A stretch of DNA of 64,000 bases, from assembly GCA_964270895.1 (NCBI GenBank), contig OZ185436.1. One strand, written 5' to 3'. Under the pieces are notes generated by a model. The model ran no database searches, was not told where the DNA came from, and saw only the letters and a program-made list of their open reading frames with translations. Source of the stretch: Podarcis filfolensis. Lineage: Eukaryota. Positions 24,131-36,137 of this stretch are shown piece by piece (position 1 is the stretch's first letter; every line of letters begins with the position of its first letter). The position numbers and the translations under genes are program-made.

Positions 24131-26125
24131 CTAACATTGCACTGACACATCTACCACATCCAAAATCCCATCTCAGGCCATGGCAATTTGTAATGCTCCA
24201 GAGAATAAGAATCCAGGAAGAACACTTCTTTTGGAGTCTGTAATTGAGACATCAAGATAAAGTAATCATCATATGCATCCCCAACTTTATTTCTAAAATT
24301 GTTAATTGCTTAGCAAGTACCTTTATTTGTTTATGAAAAGACCAGCTTTTCTACAGTTTACAGTTCTAGGTACAGTATCACACTTCTGTGTTTTTAAGGG
24401 TTGTAAACACAACAAATGAATACCATGTGTTCCATCCAGACTTGCCCCGCTGGTGAACAGAAGGGCTCCTTTGAGTCTGAAAATGCTCAGAATTCCTTTT
24501 CCATTAGTATAGGACACTTTCAGGAAGTTTTTCTTGTTAATCAGGAGCATAACTTGGAAAAATAATTATTATGTGGCATTAGCACATAAAGGTGTTGGGG
24601 TGGATTGCACCTAAATACAGTACTTGAAAGTTCTGTTGTGGATCAGACTATGGAGTATGGGTCACAACAAAACATTTCATTCTCATTTCTGTTTCTTTGG
24701 CCTTTAGAGTGTTAAGGCCGCTTTCCCCTTCTGAGGAATGCTTTTCTTTCGTCTTCCAGCTATGTCCTAGCTTTCTTCAGGCCAAACTTCAGAGCAAATG
24801 ACTTTTTAAGCATTCCACAATATTTTGTATGTGAATAGGAACCTTGGTTTTTAGAGCAAACCAATCCTGAGTAGAAGGCATATATAGGACACTGAAAAGT
24901 ATTCCTGCTTAAGAGGCAAGAAAGGATAGCAAACAGCTCATGACCTGAACAGAAGAAATCCTTGAACCTGTTACTGTCATGCAAGCTGCAGTTTGTGGAG
25001 CATGACGGATATTCTTGCAGAATGTGAAACATGTTGAGCTGAAAGACCTTGGGGATATGATTAGAAAACGTCTGTGTCCTCCCTCAGGAGCTTCCAGCAC
25101 TAAACTAAGTATCACATTGGTTGATGATAAAGAAACTTTTCATGGGCCTCTACAAGGAGCTGGCAGAAAAACTTGTATTAGCAGGAGTTTATTTAGGACT
25201 CCACGGATATTTCATGTTTGATTGGCATGGAATAATATTTCACCCTTTTTAGGAACATGGGCTATTCCCTGACACTTAATAATCTTCTGAGTGAGTGGGT
25301 GGGAAGATGATGCAAATTAGCTGTAAAATTACTGCTTTTAGCAAGTTAACAAAAGAGCTTGCATACACTCGTGAAGCTATAATTATTTGCAAAGTACACA
25401 GCAAAATTGAGATTTTTTTCCACATGACTTCAGGCTTTTACTTGTAGAATATTTGCCTGCGGAAGGGGATATTTAAGCATCAGAGAATAATCTGGCTCCA
25501 CAAGGGGCAGAACCTTTGCTCAGCACCCTGCTGCAGTCTGTGATACTAAACCAGTGGGGGCGGGAAAGACATGCTTTTGTTTACTATCGTTCTTCCAGAC
25601 AGGCACAGCGTAGCAGTAGAAGCCCCTGTTCTTACTTCTATATTAATTGCTCCACAGCACAGATACAGCACATTGATGAATGTAGGCCAGTTCAGATGTA
25701 ATGCCAATAGCTTAGCATTGAGGTGGATAACCCTTTATAAGTGAAGAGCTGCATTTATTGTGAGAAAAAGTGGCTAAAGACCATGTGAGGGCAATGGGCA
25801 GGGCCAAAGCCCAAAGTGTGCAGCCACACCTCTGTTTTCCTTCCCCTCACCCCAACAAAAATCCATTCATTCTCTTTTCACACATGGAAATCCCCAGCCA
25901 TCTATTCACACACATACAGAAGCATACACCATACTCACACATTCACTTTCTCTTCCACTGTTCTCTCACACACAGATTAAATTTGCAGTCCCCTTTTCCC
26001 ACACTACCTTCTTTTCTTGTGGCTCCTGCTGTTCAGTTTCAAAAGTAAGTCTATACACACACACACACACACCTCTTACTGTTTCCTCTTTCCCTTCACC
26101 AAGGACTCACTTTGTCCTTCTTGTC

Positions 26126-26261
26126 CAGGCATAGGCAAACTCGGCCCTCCAGATGTTTTGGGACTACAACTCCCATCATCCCTGACCACTGGTCCAGTTA
26201 GCTAGGGATCATGGGAGTTGTAGTTCCAAAACATCTGGAGGGCCGAGTCTGCCTATGCCTG
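26126..26261. mobile_element. Young hAT MITE (136 bp), near-perfect palindrome, TSD ttcttgtc/ttcttatc
   Basis: caggcataggcaaactcggccctccagatgttttgggactacaactccc is mirrored at the other end; the 8-bp TSD matches 7/8. Confidence 0.93.
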
Positions 26262-28848
26262 TTCTTATCACTTACTTTCATCCCTTTCTCATTGATCTTC
26301 AGTGCCTCCCAACATAACCTGCTCCTTCCCTTCCTAAGCGTTCTCCTTGTCTAGCTGTGTTGAGAAGAATGAGATTGAGACAGGCAGGCACGCATGTGAG
26401 CTGAGGGTCTCGGAACATATATCCCACTGGCTAGAGCCTCTTATTTAAAGAAACTTGTAACTGCTACACTCTGTACTTGGGCCTCTGAGCTCATGTGTGG
26501 GGCTGATTGCCAACTTCATGGATTGCTGCAGTTCAGGGGTTTTTTATATGTAGAAAAACCTCTAAGCAGTGAACATAATACGATAATTATCAATAAAACA
26601 CAGATAAAATTAAAACAAATATACCCAACTAAATTATACATCTAGGTAGGCTTGTTGAAATAAAGAAGTTTTCAGAAGACGTCTGTATTATTATACAGTG
26701 AGGATGTCAGTAGGATGGGGGAAACCATGAGGAAGGGGAGGGACCAATAGCCCCAGGAACCATGTACAATGTTTGTTTATTTACAAAATTAATATACCAC
26801 TTAACATTTTAAGGGGGGGGGGAATACATGCACAAGTTATGCACTCTACCTTTTCTCCTCTTGCATACAAGAAGAGGTGATTGAAAACTTTCTCTTTTGA
26901 TGTTAAATTAACCATTATGTTATGTTCAGACTCTAAGAACTCTGGTTAGTTCAGACAAACCCAGGGCCTAATTGTAGTTTATGATACCAGCTTGCTCACT
27001 AACTAGCATTTGCACAGTGTTTTCTCGAGTATGACATAACAAGGGATTGTGATTAGCAGATGTTTCTGAACTGGCACTTGATGAATGTCGGAAGTATCCT
27101 GGCTCATGAATTTGTAACACTATATCACAGTTTAGTTTATGTCCACACTGGCCCACTGTGTTTATCCTGCATTAAACCCCAAAGACACTAGCTATACACA
27201 GAAAAAAGCATTTTTGAGGGGAAGAGCAGAATACCCCTAGAATAGGTCAGGAGAAGATGGCCTCCTAGACAGACTTAGACAGATGAGATTACTTCCCAAA
27301 CCTCCTCCACCTAGAGCTTCTGCTGTAAGGTTTTCTTCTTGATATTTTGGATTGTTTCACATATACTGTGTCCAATCTTCCAAACCATGGTTTGGATGAT
27401 TGGGAATAAGCTTTGTGCAAGCCCCTTCCTCTTTAGTATGGCATTTCCTCCTTCCCATCTTTTAGGCAAATTGTTGTTTGCCATTTCATCCAAATCGGCA
27501 AACTATGTTTTGTGGCTGACCTTCAAACCAGAACCAGGAACCAACTTTAAGTTGTGATTTCCAGTAATAGTTTGGAGAATATGCACAAACCAGCTTGACA
27601 ACACTGAGGTGATGGCTTGCCTGGTTCAAAACTTAATTGACTCTTGAGCATGCAAGGGAGGGAGGAGATAATCTTATTTTTCTTGAGGGATTAGAAGTGT
27701 TACGTATGAACTCACCAATTTATGGGATGTTCTTGCTCCCAATTCTTTGAATAATTTTTTAACTGGAAATTGGTTGGGTTGGGTGGGTTACAATTTGGTT
27801 TTTGTTTATGCTATGACAAAGCTGAAGAATTAGACACAAAATTCAGCCCACTTATTCAAGTCCTACTCATGCCAGTGAAACCTATATGCATATAAACTGG
27901 AATATGCTTGGGGCTGCAGTTGACAATACATAATTCTTTGAAAATTCTGCGTAGCTCTAAAACATGGCATTCAGACTAGGACACTGTCAACATAGCAGCC
28001 CCCTTGTCATCTTCCTCATCCCTCAAATTGGTAACTGATTTAAAAATAAATTGTTATACACCTGCATTCAATAGCAGATGTTTGTTTACATACTGATTAC
28101 TATGCTAATGTTTAAAAATAGTTTAATGTCTGTCATGTACCTAACTGTAGATGACACAGAAGATTAATGGAACAAGTTTTCTCAACAGCTGATTTGCAAT
28201 TTAGAACACTACCTAAAATTGGAATTGTTGATTGTGTATATTACCAAAGTATCAGTGAAGAAAGCTTTCTGAAACTCCTGTAATTTTTAACTTTTTTCAT
28301 AAGTCTGTTTCCACTTTGGCTTATGGCAGTGTTCCAAAAATGCAATCAGGGTTTTCAGGATTTTCAGAAGAATTGAATGTCCTTTTGTCCTCCAACCCCT
28401 CCCCTTTTGTTTTATTTTGTAATTGAGAGAAAAGAAAGGAAATGAAGTGGGCATGGAAGGAATGATCAGACAGAAGTCTGTCTTGTGCGGGTGTTGTTGC
28501 CATTCCTCTTGAGGCAAGGGATCGGTTGCCCTGTAACATTCCTATTTTTAAAATGTTACAACAAGCATCCCTTTTTGTGCCTGCCATTTTTCATACTACA
28601 GAATACTGTTCAGTTATAGATTTACAAAATGCAAAGCGAAAAGTAAAGACAAACAGTATCTAAATTCTGTTTCTCTTTTTCTTCTCCCTTCCACCCCATA
28701 CTTTTCATTATATATTCCTCATGCCTTTTTAAACAATATTTTGAACTTTTATTCATCCATGTTCCACTTATATTTCCATGGGAAACTGTTCTGTGCACTG
28801 TCTGTACCTGGACACTGCACACAGCTCACCCTTTCTTTTTTCAATCAG

Positions 28849-28998
28849 GATGGCGGCCTAGTGGAAGAGCCCACTACTTCACCATTTTTGCCTTCACCAA
28901 GCCTGAAGCTCCCCCTTTCAAACAGTGCACTCCCTAATCAGACCCTGGGTGGGATTGCCTCAGGGCTGGGCATGCAAAACTTGAATTCTTCTAGACAG
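28849..28998 (+). CDS. TNRC6C: Coding exon [23 protein letters not shown]...NSSRQ; in-frame alternative acceptor at 28825 adds LTLSFFNQ
   Basis: aatcag|GAT acceptor (upstream alternative acacag|CTC) and CAG|gtaagg donor; 150 or 174 nt, phase 0-0. Confidence 0.94.
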
Positions 28999-29655
28999 GT
29001 AAGGTATCTTTCGAGTGACAGTTATTTGAATGTCGGCACGCTTGCGCTTGCTAGTCAGCAAGATATTTGTTTGGCTTTGCTTTTCATTTTAAGGCTCCTT
29101 TTTCTCAAAAGTAAAGTAGTGAATGAAAAGTCAAAAATCAGCTTGTCATCGAAGCGTATTTCAAATGACAGTTGTTACTGCACGCCAAGGTTCCCACAGG
29201 TCCTTAGCTATAGAACTTGCCCTTACTTCCCTGCAGTTCCTCCCGTCTTTGTTGTTGGGTCCTTTTCTCCTCTGGTGCATCCCGCAGCGTCCCTGCACAC
29301 TGGCACTCCTTCCCATCCTCACACAGACCATACTTCTTGCCGCTCATAGCTCTTGCCGCTCTTGCTTACTTCCTCTTCGCCTTCTCAGCTCATACACGTT
29401 GAAAGGTTTCCCTACACTGGGGCCTTTATATCACTCTTCTCCCCCACCCTCAAGCTTTCTTGGTTGCAGTATGTGCTTGTTAGGTGGTACAGGACCAGTA
29501 TTCATTTTTAACTGTCCAATCCACACATTTGGTGCTGCTTCCAAGTCTAGATGATAGAGCACTTGACTAGAGAAACCAAATATTTGCCCTTTTGCCATTG
29601 CTTACACTGTAATGTCAACACTGTGCTCTAAAACCTATGGACCAAATTATTTATA

Positions 29656-29897
29656 CAGTGGTACCTCTGGTTACGAACTTAATTCATTCCGGAGGTCCGT
29701 TCTTAAGCTGAAACCATTCTTATCCTGAGGCGCGCTTTCACTAATGGGACCTCCCGCTGTGTGCGCACCTCCGGCACACAATTTCCCTTCACATCCTGGA
29801 GCAGAATTTGCAACCAGGAGCAGCTACTACTGGGTTAGCAGAGTTCGTAACCCGAAGCATCCGTAACCAGAAGCGTTTGTAACCAGAGGTACCACTG
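29656..29897 (+). mobile_element. Tc1/mariner (Tigger-like) MITE, TA TSD
   Basis: TA|cagtggtacctctggttac...gtaaccagaggtaccactg|TA, with a perfect 19-bp TIR. Confidence 0.93.
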
Positions 29898-29919
29898 TAT
29901 TTGAGCTGGCTAGGCATTG

Positions 29920-30305
29920 TTAAATGCCAGCATCCTGTTCCTACAGTGGCCAAGCCCACAAGCAAAACAGAAGTTCCTTAGCACTCTCCTACTTGTGCTC
30001 CTCTGTAACTGGTATTCAGAGGCATATTGGAGATTGGAGATAATGTACAGTATAGCTATTGATAGTCTTATGCTCCATGAATTTGTCTATTCACCCTCTA
30101 AGCTATCCAGGGTGGACAGCTTACTGTGTAAAGAAGTTTGTCTGTCTTGAATCTCCTACCATTCAGCTTCAATGGATTATCCCAGGTTCTAATACTGTGA
30201 GACTATCCAGTTTCTTGACACCATACGTAATTTGTTTCACATGCTCCAGTTGCCTTTTGCATGAGCTAAAAAGCCCCAAACATTGTAACTATGTGTCATA
30301 GTTGA
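29920..30305 (-). mobile_element. Old CR1 ORF2/3' fragment
   Basis: tccatgaatttgtcta, tgtgtaaagaagt, cttgaatctcctaccattcagcttc and aaaagccccaaacattgtaac are typical of reverse-strand amniote CR1. Degraded. Confidence 0.65.
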
Positions 30306-31071
30306 TAATCAGGAAACTACATGGTACAAGTGGTTTTTGTTTCTGTTTTTAAAGCGAAGGTGATAAAAGGATAAGCTGGAATGTTGACCCAAACTTATCA
30401 GAATAATAGTAATTCATTTTTACTTTGGCCACATTTGGACATCACACTTAACTATAGTTTAGCATAATATGAAGATGCTGCCTCCCTTCTGCTCAGGCAT
30501 GACCATTAGGAAGAGCAAACAATGGTCAAGCAGGATGCCCAAATGCATTCCAGTACCCAAATCTATATTTTTATGACATACATTCCACATGTGCAACGTA
30601 TTTTTAGTTGTTTTTTTTTACTGAAACTAGAGGGGAAAGCTTTATACTATATGTCCAAGGAAAAAAAGTCATTTCCTAGATAAAGGTAATTCACATACAT
30701 GTAGATTATGATTGACTCATTTTGAAAGCGAAATTTAAGCCTGCTTTAGACATGCAACTATCTTTAAGGGTGGCTATTTGTATCTGCATCCAGTTGCTTG
30801 CATTGCATTTGATAAGCAATTTCTGTAGCAGATCCCCATGCTGTCGCAGCACTTTCAGTGGCATCATTGCCAGCCTTCTTCTAGGGGCATTTGCCATGGT
30901 TTGACTGAATTAGGTGCAGTTTTGTACACACCATCATCTTTCCAAAGGAAGCTGCTTCCACAAAGTGAACATGGTTGGCTGTGTGAGTAATTTAGGTCAA
31001 CTGATGTATTTGTACCAAACTCTTACTGATGGTACATGCCTACTGATGTTTCAGTTTGCTATACTTTAAAC

Positions 31072-31207
31072 CAGTGATGGCCATACTTGGCCCTCCAGCT
31101 GTTTTGGGACTACAGTTCCCATCACCCCTAGCTAGCAGGACTAGTGGTCAGGGATGATGGGAATTGTAGTCCCAAAACAGCTGGAGGGCCAGGTTTGGCC
31201 ATCACTG
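31072..31207. mobile_element. Young hAT MITE (136 bp) with perfect 8-bp TSD ctttaaac
   Basis: cagtgatggcca...tggccatcactg TIR; TSD at 31064-31071 and 31208-31215. Confidence 0.94.
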
Positions 31208-31339
31208 CTTTAAACCCTTCACCTGCTGCTAATCTGCATGAGAGCTCCTTTGTTTGCTAATGTCTTGAGCTAGTCTACAGTGACTGTCACAAGCTATAAA
31301 ATTGTGAAACCTAAATCTTCTAACCTTGTCATCCCACAG

Positions 31340-31486
31340 ATACCGAGTGGCAATCTGGGTATGTTTGGCAATAGCGGAGCAGCACAAGCCAGGACCATGC
31401 AACAGCCGCAGCAACCGCCAGTGCAACCTCTTAACTCATCCCAGCCTAGTCTTCGTGCTCAAGTGCCTCAGTTTCTCTCCCCTCAG
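31340..31486 (+). CDS. TNRC6C: Coding exon [22 protein letters not shown]...QFLSPQ
   Basis: cccacag|ATA acceptor and CAG|gttaga donor; 147 nt, phase 0-0. Confidence 0.95.
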
Positions 31487-31939
31487 GTTAGATTGAGCTC
31501 TGTAGCATTAGTGATAGCCAGGGATGCAAACCCAGGTGTCATTAACCACTGGCAGTTGGAAAACAAGGGCCTAGCGGTTAGCACTTGGGTTGTCGGTGAG
31601 GTCAGGAGGCAGGTTTCTCCTCCTCACTGGCTCCTCAGTTTTCCAAAAATGGTTGTATCCCTGGTGATGGCCATTTCTGTGCCATAACTAATGCATATTG
31701 AGTGGAACACTTAAATGGAAGAAATAATAATATATTCTTAAAGTTATCTGCACCTACAGATGGCTGATAGTGCCAATTGGAATAATGCAAACATAAAATA
31801 TTGACACAACCACACTTACACAACATACTTCTATGAAAGGCACCATGTGTAGAGAAATGCCACAGAGTTTTTAAGTTGCCATGCCAGTTTATTTGAATTA
31901 CAAAAAATAGCATGTTGTGGGAAAGTTATTAGTGACTCA

Positions 31940-32153
31940 GGTTGTACCCTACTAAATCATTGCATGTGTGGAATGACTTTTGTGAACAGGGTGGAACTTC
32001 TTCTCCCTTTCCTGCCCCTGCACACACCCCAAATCTGCCTTGAGGGTTCCCTCAACCCTCTGGAGCAGTTCTGGGGGGAGAAGAGGGAGAGGAATTTGTG
32101 TGGCACTTGCAGAAGTTGTTAGACACATACAATGAGTTGGTTGGATACAACTC
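31940..32153. mobile_element. PIF/Harbinger-type MITE (214 bp), 3-bp TSD TCA
   Basis: ggttgtaccc...tggatacaactc ends; same family as 46503-46717. Confidence 0.75.
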
Positions 32154-32389
32154 TCAAGTATTTATATTTTATGTGTCAGATTTAGAAAGGATGAGCAGTT
32201 CTGAAATGAAGGTTTATTTTGCTGTGATATGTTGTGTTTGCTTTCAACTTCTACACATAGCTTTCTATTAAACAAAAATCACAGCAAGTAACCTAAAAAC
32301 CACTTTCTTTGGAATTGTCTTGTTTCAACTCTGCAAGGAGTTCAGACCTGTAAGTAACACAGCTGTAGTAATGAATATTCACCTTTTAC

Positions 32390-32537
32390 NNNNNNNNNNN
32401 NNNNNNNNNNNNNNNNNNNNNNNNNNNNNNNNNNNNNNNNNNNNNNNNNNNNNNNNNNNNNNNNNNNNNNNNNNNNNNNNNNNNNNNNNNNNNNNNNNNN
32501 NNNNNNNNNNNNNNNNNNNNNNNNNNNNNNNNNNNNN
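32390..32537 (+). other. TNRC6C: 148-nt N-block, inferred to hide a ~120-nt phase 0-0 coding exon (expected VQAQLLQFAAKNIGLNPALLTSPINPQHMTMLNQLYQLQL-like)
   Basis: The expected exon between ...FLSPQ (31486) and AYQRLQ (34434) is not visible in readable sequence. The bases before the Ns (caccttttac) look like an acceptor lacking only its AG. The exon content itself cannot be seen. Confidence 0.7.
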
Positions 32538-33237
32538 CACAGTGAGAAAGCTATAAATCCAGAAAGAAAATCTTGCATTTAAAGTCACATGAATGGGCAT
32601 GTTCACTTCAGAAATGATGATTAGACTTGGTTCTGAAAATGAATTTATATACCTACTTGAATCTTAAAAGTTGCTTGATACTTCCAGTATGATAAAGACT
32701 AAATTCTTTGCTCATTACCATTGGATTGTTCTAAATTTAACTTTTGAAACACATGTATAGGACTGTAACCTCAAAAACAACCTCTGGTACCACTAGTATT
32801 ACTCAGAATTCTACAATATTTCTGATAGATTCCTGTGTTGTTCTTTTTGCATTGTATGCTAATCTAATAAAATTGATGTTCTGCAATACTTCTTCACCAG
32901 TAGATGCAATGGAGCATTATTTCCATTCATTTGTGCAATCAGTCATGCCCTTAATATGCATGTATTTTATTGCAAACCTTTCAAAGTTATTGCAAACCAA
33001 ATCTTTCTAGGACCCAGTCTTCCAGATACCAGTGTAGAATTCAATGTACCCAATGGCAACAACTAATCTTAGGTTTTGAGAAAATTGCCCCATGTTATAA
33101 ATATAGAACTTCTTTTTATTTCAGTTTTGTGAGCATACAGGAGTATGTACAGACATAACAACAGTGGTATAAATACCTTAAATAAGCTTAAGCGCTAGCC
33201 AGAGACCAGGTGTGAATGTATGATTTGAACCATAGTA

Positions 33238-33497
33238 CAGTGGTACCTCTGGTTGCGAACGGGATCCGTTCCGGAGGCCCGATTGCAACATGAAAAGCGT
33301 GCAACCCACAGCGGCGCGTCTGTGCATGCGCAGGTTGCAATTCGCCGTTTCTGCGCATGCGCGTGACATCATTTTGCACTTCTGCACATGCACGAACGGT
33401 GAAACCTGGAAATAACCCTTTCCGGTACTTCCGGGCTGCCGCGGGACGTAACCTGAAAGAATGTAACATGAAGCAGACATAATATGAGGTATGACTG
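33238..33497 (+). mobile_element. Tc1/mariner MITE, TA TSD, asymmetric TIR
   Basis: TA|cagtggtacctc...gaggtatgactg|TA, with a CpG-rich interior. Confidence 0.9.
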
Positions 33498-34433
33498 TAT
33501 AGAGGGTTTCAGGTAGGCAACATATGAATTCCACTGGTATCATCTCAATGTATGTGTGCTCCAGGGCTTAGTTTGACAAGCTAAAGGTTCTCTAATCTTT
33601 TTGGGGCAAGTAGACACACTTGGAATTTTGAGGAAGTGCTAGGGATGTCAGTCACAAAATGGCTGCCAGGAGGACAGGCCCGATCACAAAATGGCTGCTG
33701 TGGAGATGTAGCATAATACCAAATAACTGTGGGAGTGGGGGCATGACATACCTTGCTACCAAGGAAAAAGAGACAGCAACACAGAATGGTGTGGCATGCC
33801 CCTCTCCCAGTAGCCACCCCATCAAAGGGGGGAAAGTACATACATCAGCCACCGCTACACTTGGTCACAGAGAGCAACTTGGCACCCAGTGAGATGTGGG
33901 CATGTTTAAGGGGGCCTGCTTAGTGTAGGAGAGGTGGAGTCGTGCAGACAGAATTGAACAAGAAAGGCAAAAAGTATGAGGGGTTTCTAAAGGGGATATT
34001 TATTAAGACCTTTAACAAGCACCTTGTGGGCAACCTCTGCACCACAGTGTTCCTGTTAACTTGAGTCCTAAACCAGGATTAAGAGAGCAGAATTAGCACG
34101 AACCCTGATTAAATGTTTTGTCTACCCTGGGCGTTTGTGATTAGTTCTCTCACATGCTACCAACACTCTATTTGCATCTCTGTGTTTACATTTTCTTGAA
34201 CAATCATTCAGTTGATGATGCCTTTTCCTCGTCATGTTTTAAATAGCTTTAATTGGCCATGTATTGTTTGCACTCTTGGTCTGAGCTGACTTCTGTCTCT
34301 GGGTCTGTTACTTCCTGCAAGTAGGTCTTTGGGAGCATGCATTTGTTTCATATGTTATTTAATGCAGTTGCAGTGAGACCATTGGGCTTCTTCACACTGT
34401 GACCTTAGACTTCTTTTTTTCCTCAACTTGCAG

Positions 34434-34517
34434 GCGTACCAACGTTTACAAATCCAGCAGCAGATGTTACAGGCTCAGCGTAATGTTTCCGGACCCATCA
34501 GACAACAGGAGCAGCAA
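34434..34517 (+). CDS. TNRC6C: Coding exon AYQRLQIQQQMLQAQRNVSGPIRQQEQQ (Q-rich)
   Basis: cttgcag|GCG acceptor and CAA|gtaggt donor; 84 nt. It is too short to appear in the ORF track and was translated by hand. Confidence 0.94.
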
Positions 34518-34805
34518 GTAGGTGCAACTTGTTGACCCAGTTCCAAATGTAAAGCCTCTAAAGAATCTAGCATGTTACAAGAAAAAGCTTATTTGTGAAG
34601 GAAATCTACTGTGCTGCACGCTTTTATGCAGACATAAATCACAAAGGGGGCTGACAGACTTCAGTTTCTCTTACCATGTCTGGGATGCATCTAATTCTTA
34701 AATCTATTGAATTCATTGTCTGCTGAGTGGTTCTAGATACAGTGCCACAAACCTTTGTTCCATCTAGCATTTGCTTACTTTGTTTTATTTTTTCCTTGCT
34801 GCCAG

Positions 34806-35037
34806 GTTGCACGTACAATCAATAACATGCAGCAGCAGATCCAGCAGCACCAGCGCCAGCTGGCCCAGGCCCTGCTTATGAAGCAGCAGCCACCCCCTCC
34901 ACATCTATCTTTGCACCCCCCTGCAGGCAAATCAGCCATGGATAACTTTTCACCCCATCCCCAGGCTCCTGGCCTATCTGACCTGCAGACCAAAGAGCAA
35001 CAGTCTTCACCGAACACCTTTGCTCCTTACCCCCTTG
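34806..35037 (+). CDS. TNRC6C: Coding exon VARTINNMQQQIQQHQRQL...FAPYPL (Q-rich)
   Basis: tgccag|GTT acceptor and CTTG|gtatgt donor; 232 nt, phase 0-1. Confidence 0.95.
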
Positions 35038-35683
35038 GTATGTGCAGTTATTTAAGGACCTGTTCAGAAGGATGTAAATTACCTAATTATGTATACATAC
35101 AGTGATTTAACTTGCTTTAGTCTGGAATGTTTTCTCCTGCATACCTCTGCTTCTTAACTAATTTGGCAACTGTGTCCAAATTACTTATTATCTTTATTAA
35201 TATGCTACCCAAAAACAAAGTTCTCTGGCAGCTAATAATAATAATACCATTAAAACTGAACCATAACAACATCAAAAAATGGCACAGTGTTAAAAACTTC
35301 AGAAGCAGAGAATAAAATCAGTATAACAAAACTTAGGCAGCACTTATACTCTTTTTATCTTGTATAATATTAGAATCCAGGATCCCTGAATGAGTCTGAA
35401 TGGTAGAAAGTTTAGGACTGACAGAACAAAATAACTTAAGTCTTAAATTAACTTACAGAAAATGTAGTGGTAGGTACCAGTTTAGGTGGTTGTAAGATAC
35501 TTGGTGGTTGTAATATACTGTCCCTCCCAATTTACTTCTTGGGCCCTTGCTGCTTTAACCCATGTTTGCATTACTTGTAGACGTAAAAAGATTAGCTTGT
35601 GACTTCAGCTTAAAGTAAAGTGTGATTAAATGCCAAGAATCGGGGATTAAGGGTTTCTTAATAGCCTGCCTACTTCCTCTTAG

Positions 35684-35851
35684 CTGGACTGAACCCAAAC
35701 ATGAATGTAAACAGCATGGACATTCCTGGTGGTTTGTCAGTGAAGGACACTTCTCAGTCCCAGTCTCGCCTTCCTCAGTGGACACATCCCAACTCAATGG
35801 ATAATCTCTCCAGTGCTGCTTCTCCACTTGACCAGAATCCTAGCAAGCACG
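35684..35851 (+). CDS. TNRC6C: Coding exon AGLNPNMNVNSMD...QSRLPQWTHP...NPSKH (contains CIM1, the CCR4-NOT-interacting motif, at 35761-35784)
   Basis: cctcttag|CT acceptor and CACG|gtatgt donor; 168 nt, phase 1-1. Confidence 0.95.
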
Positions 35852-35911
35852 GTATGTGTCATCATTCTAAATACATCAAGTCCAATTGCAAGATTGCACG
35901 TTTTTCCGATA

Positions 35912-36137
35912 CAGTGGTACCTCGGGTTAAGTACTTACTTCGTTCCGGAGGTCCATTCTTAACCTGAAACTGTTCTTAACCTGAAGCACCACTTTAGCTA
36001 ATGGAGCCTCCTGCTGCCGCCGCACCTCTGGAGCACGATTTCTTTTCTCATCCTGAAGCAAAGTTCTTAACCCGAGGTACTATTTCTGCGTTAGCGGAGT
36101 CTGTAACCTTAAGCATATGTAACCCGAGATACCACTG
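35912..36137 (+). mobile_element. Tc1/mariner MITE, TA TSD, 60 nt downstream of a coding exon
   Basis: TA|cagtggtacctcgggttaa...aacccgagataccactg|TA. Confidence 0.92.

Noticed and set aside
28741-29349. 202-aa ORF
   Set aside because: Only 28825/28849-28998 is exonic; the rest is chance open intron.
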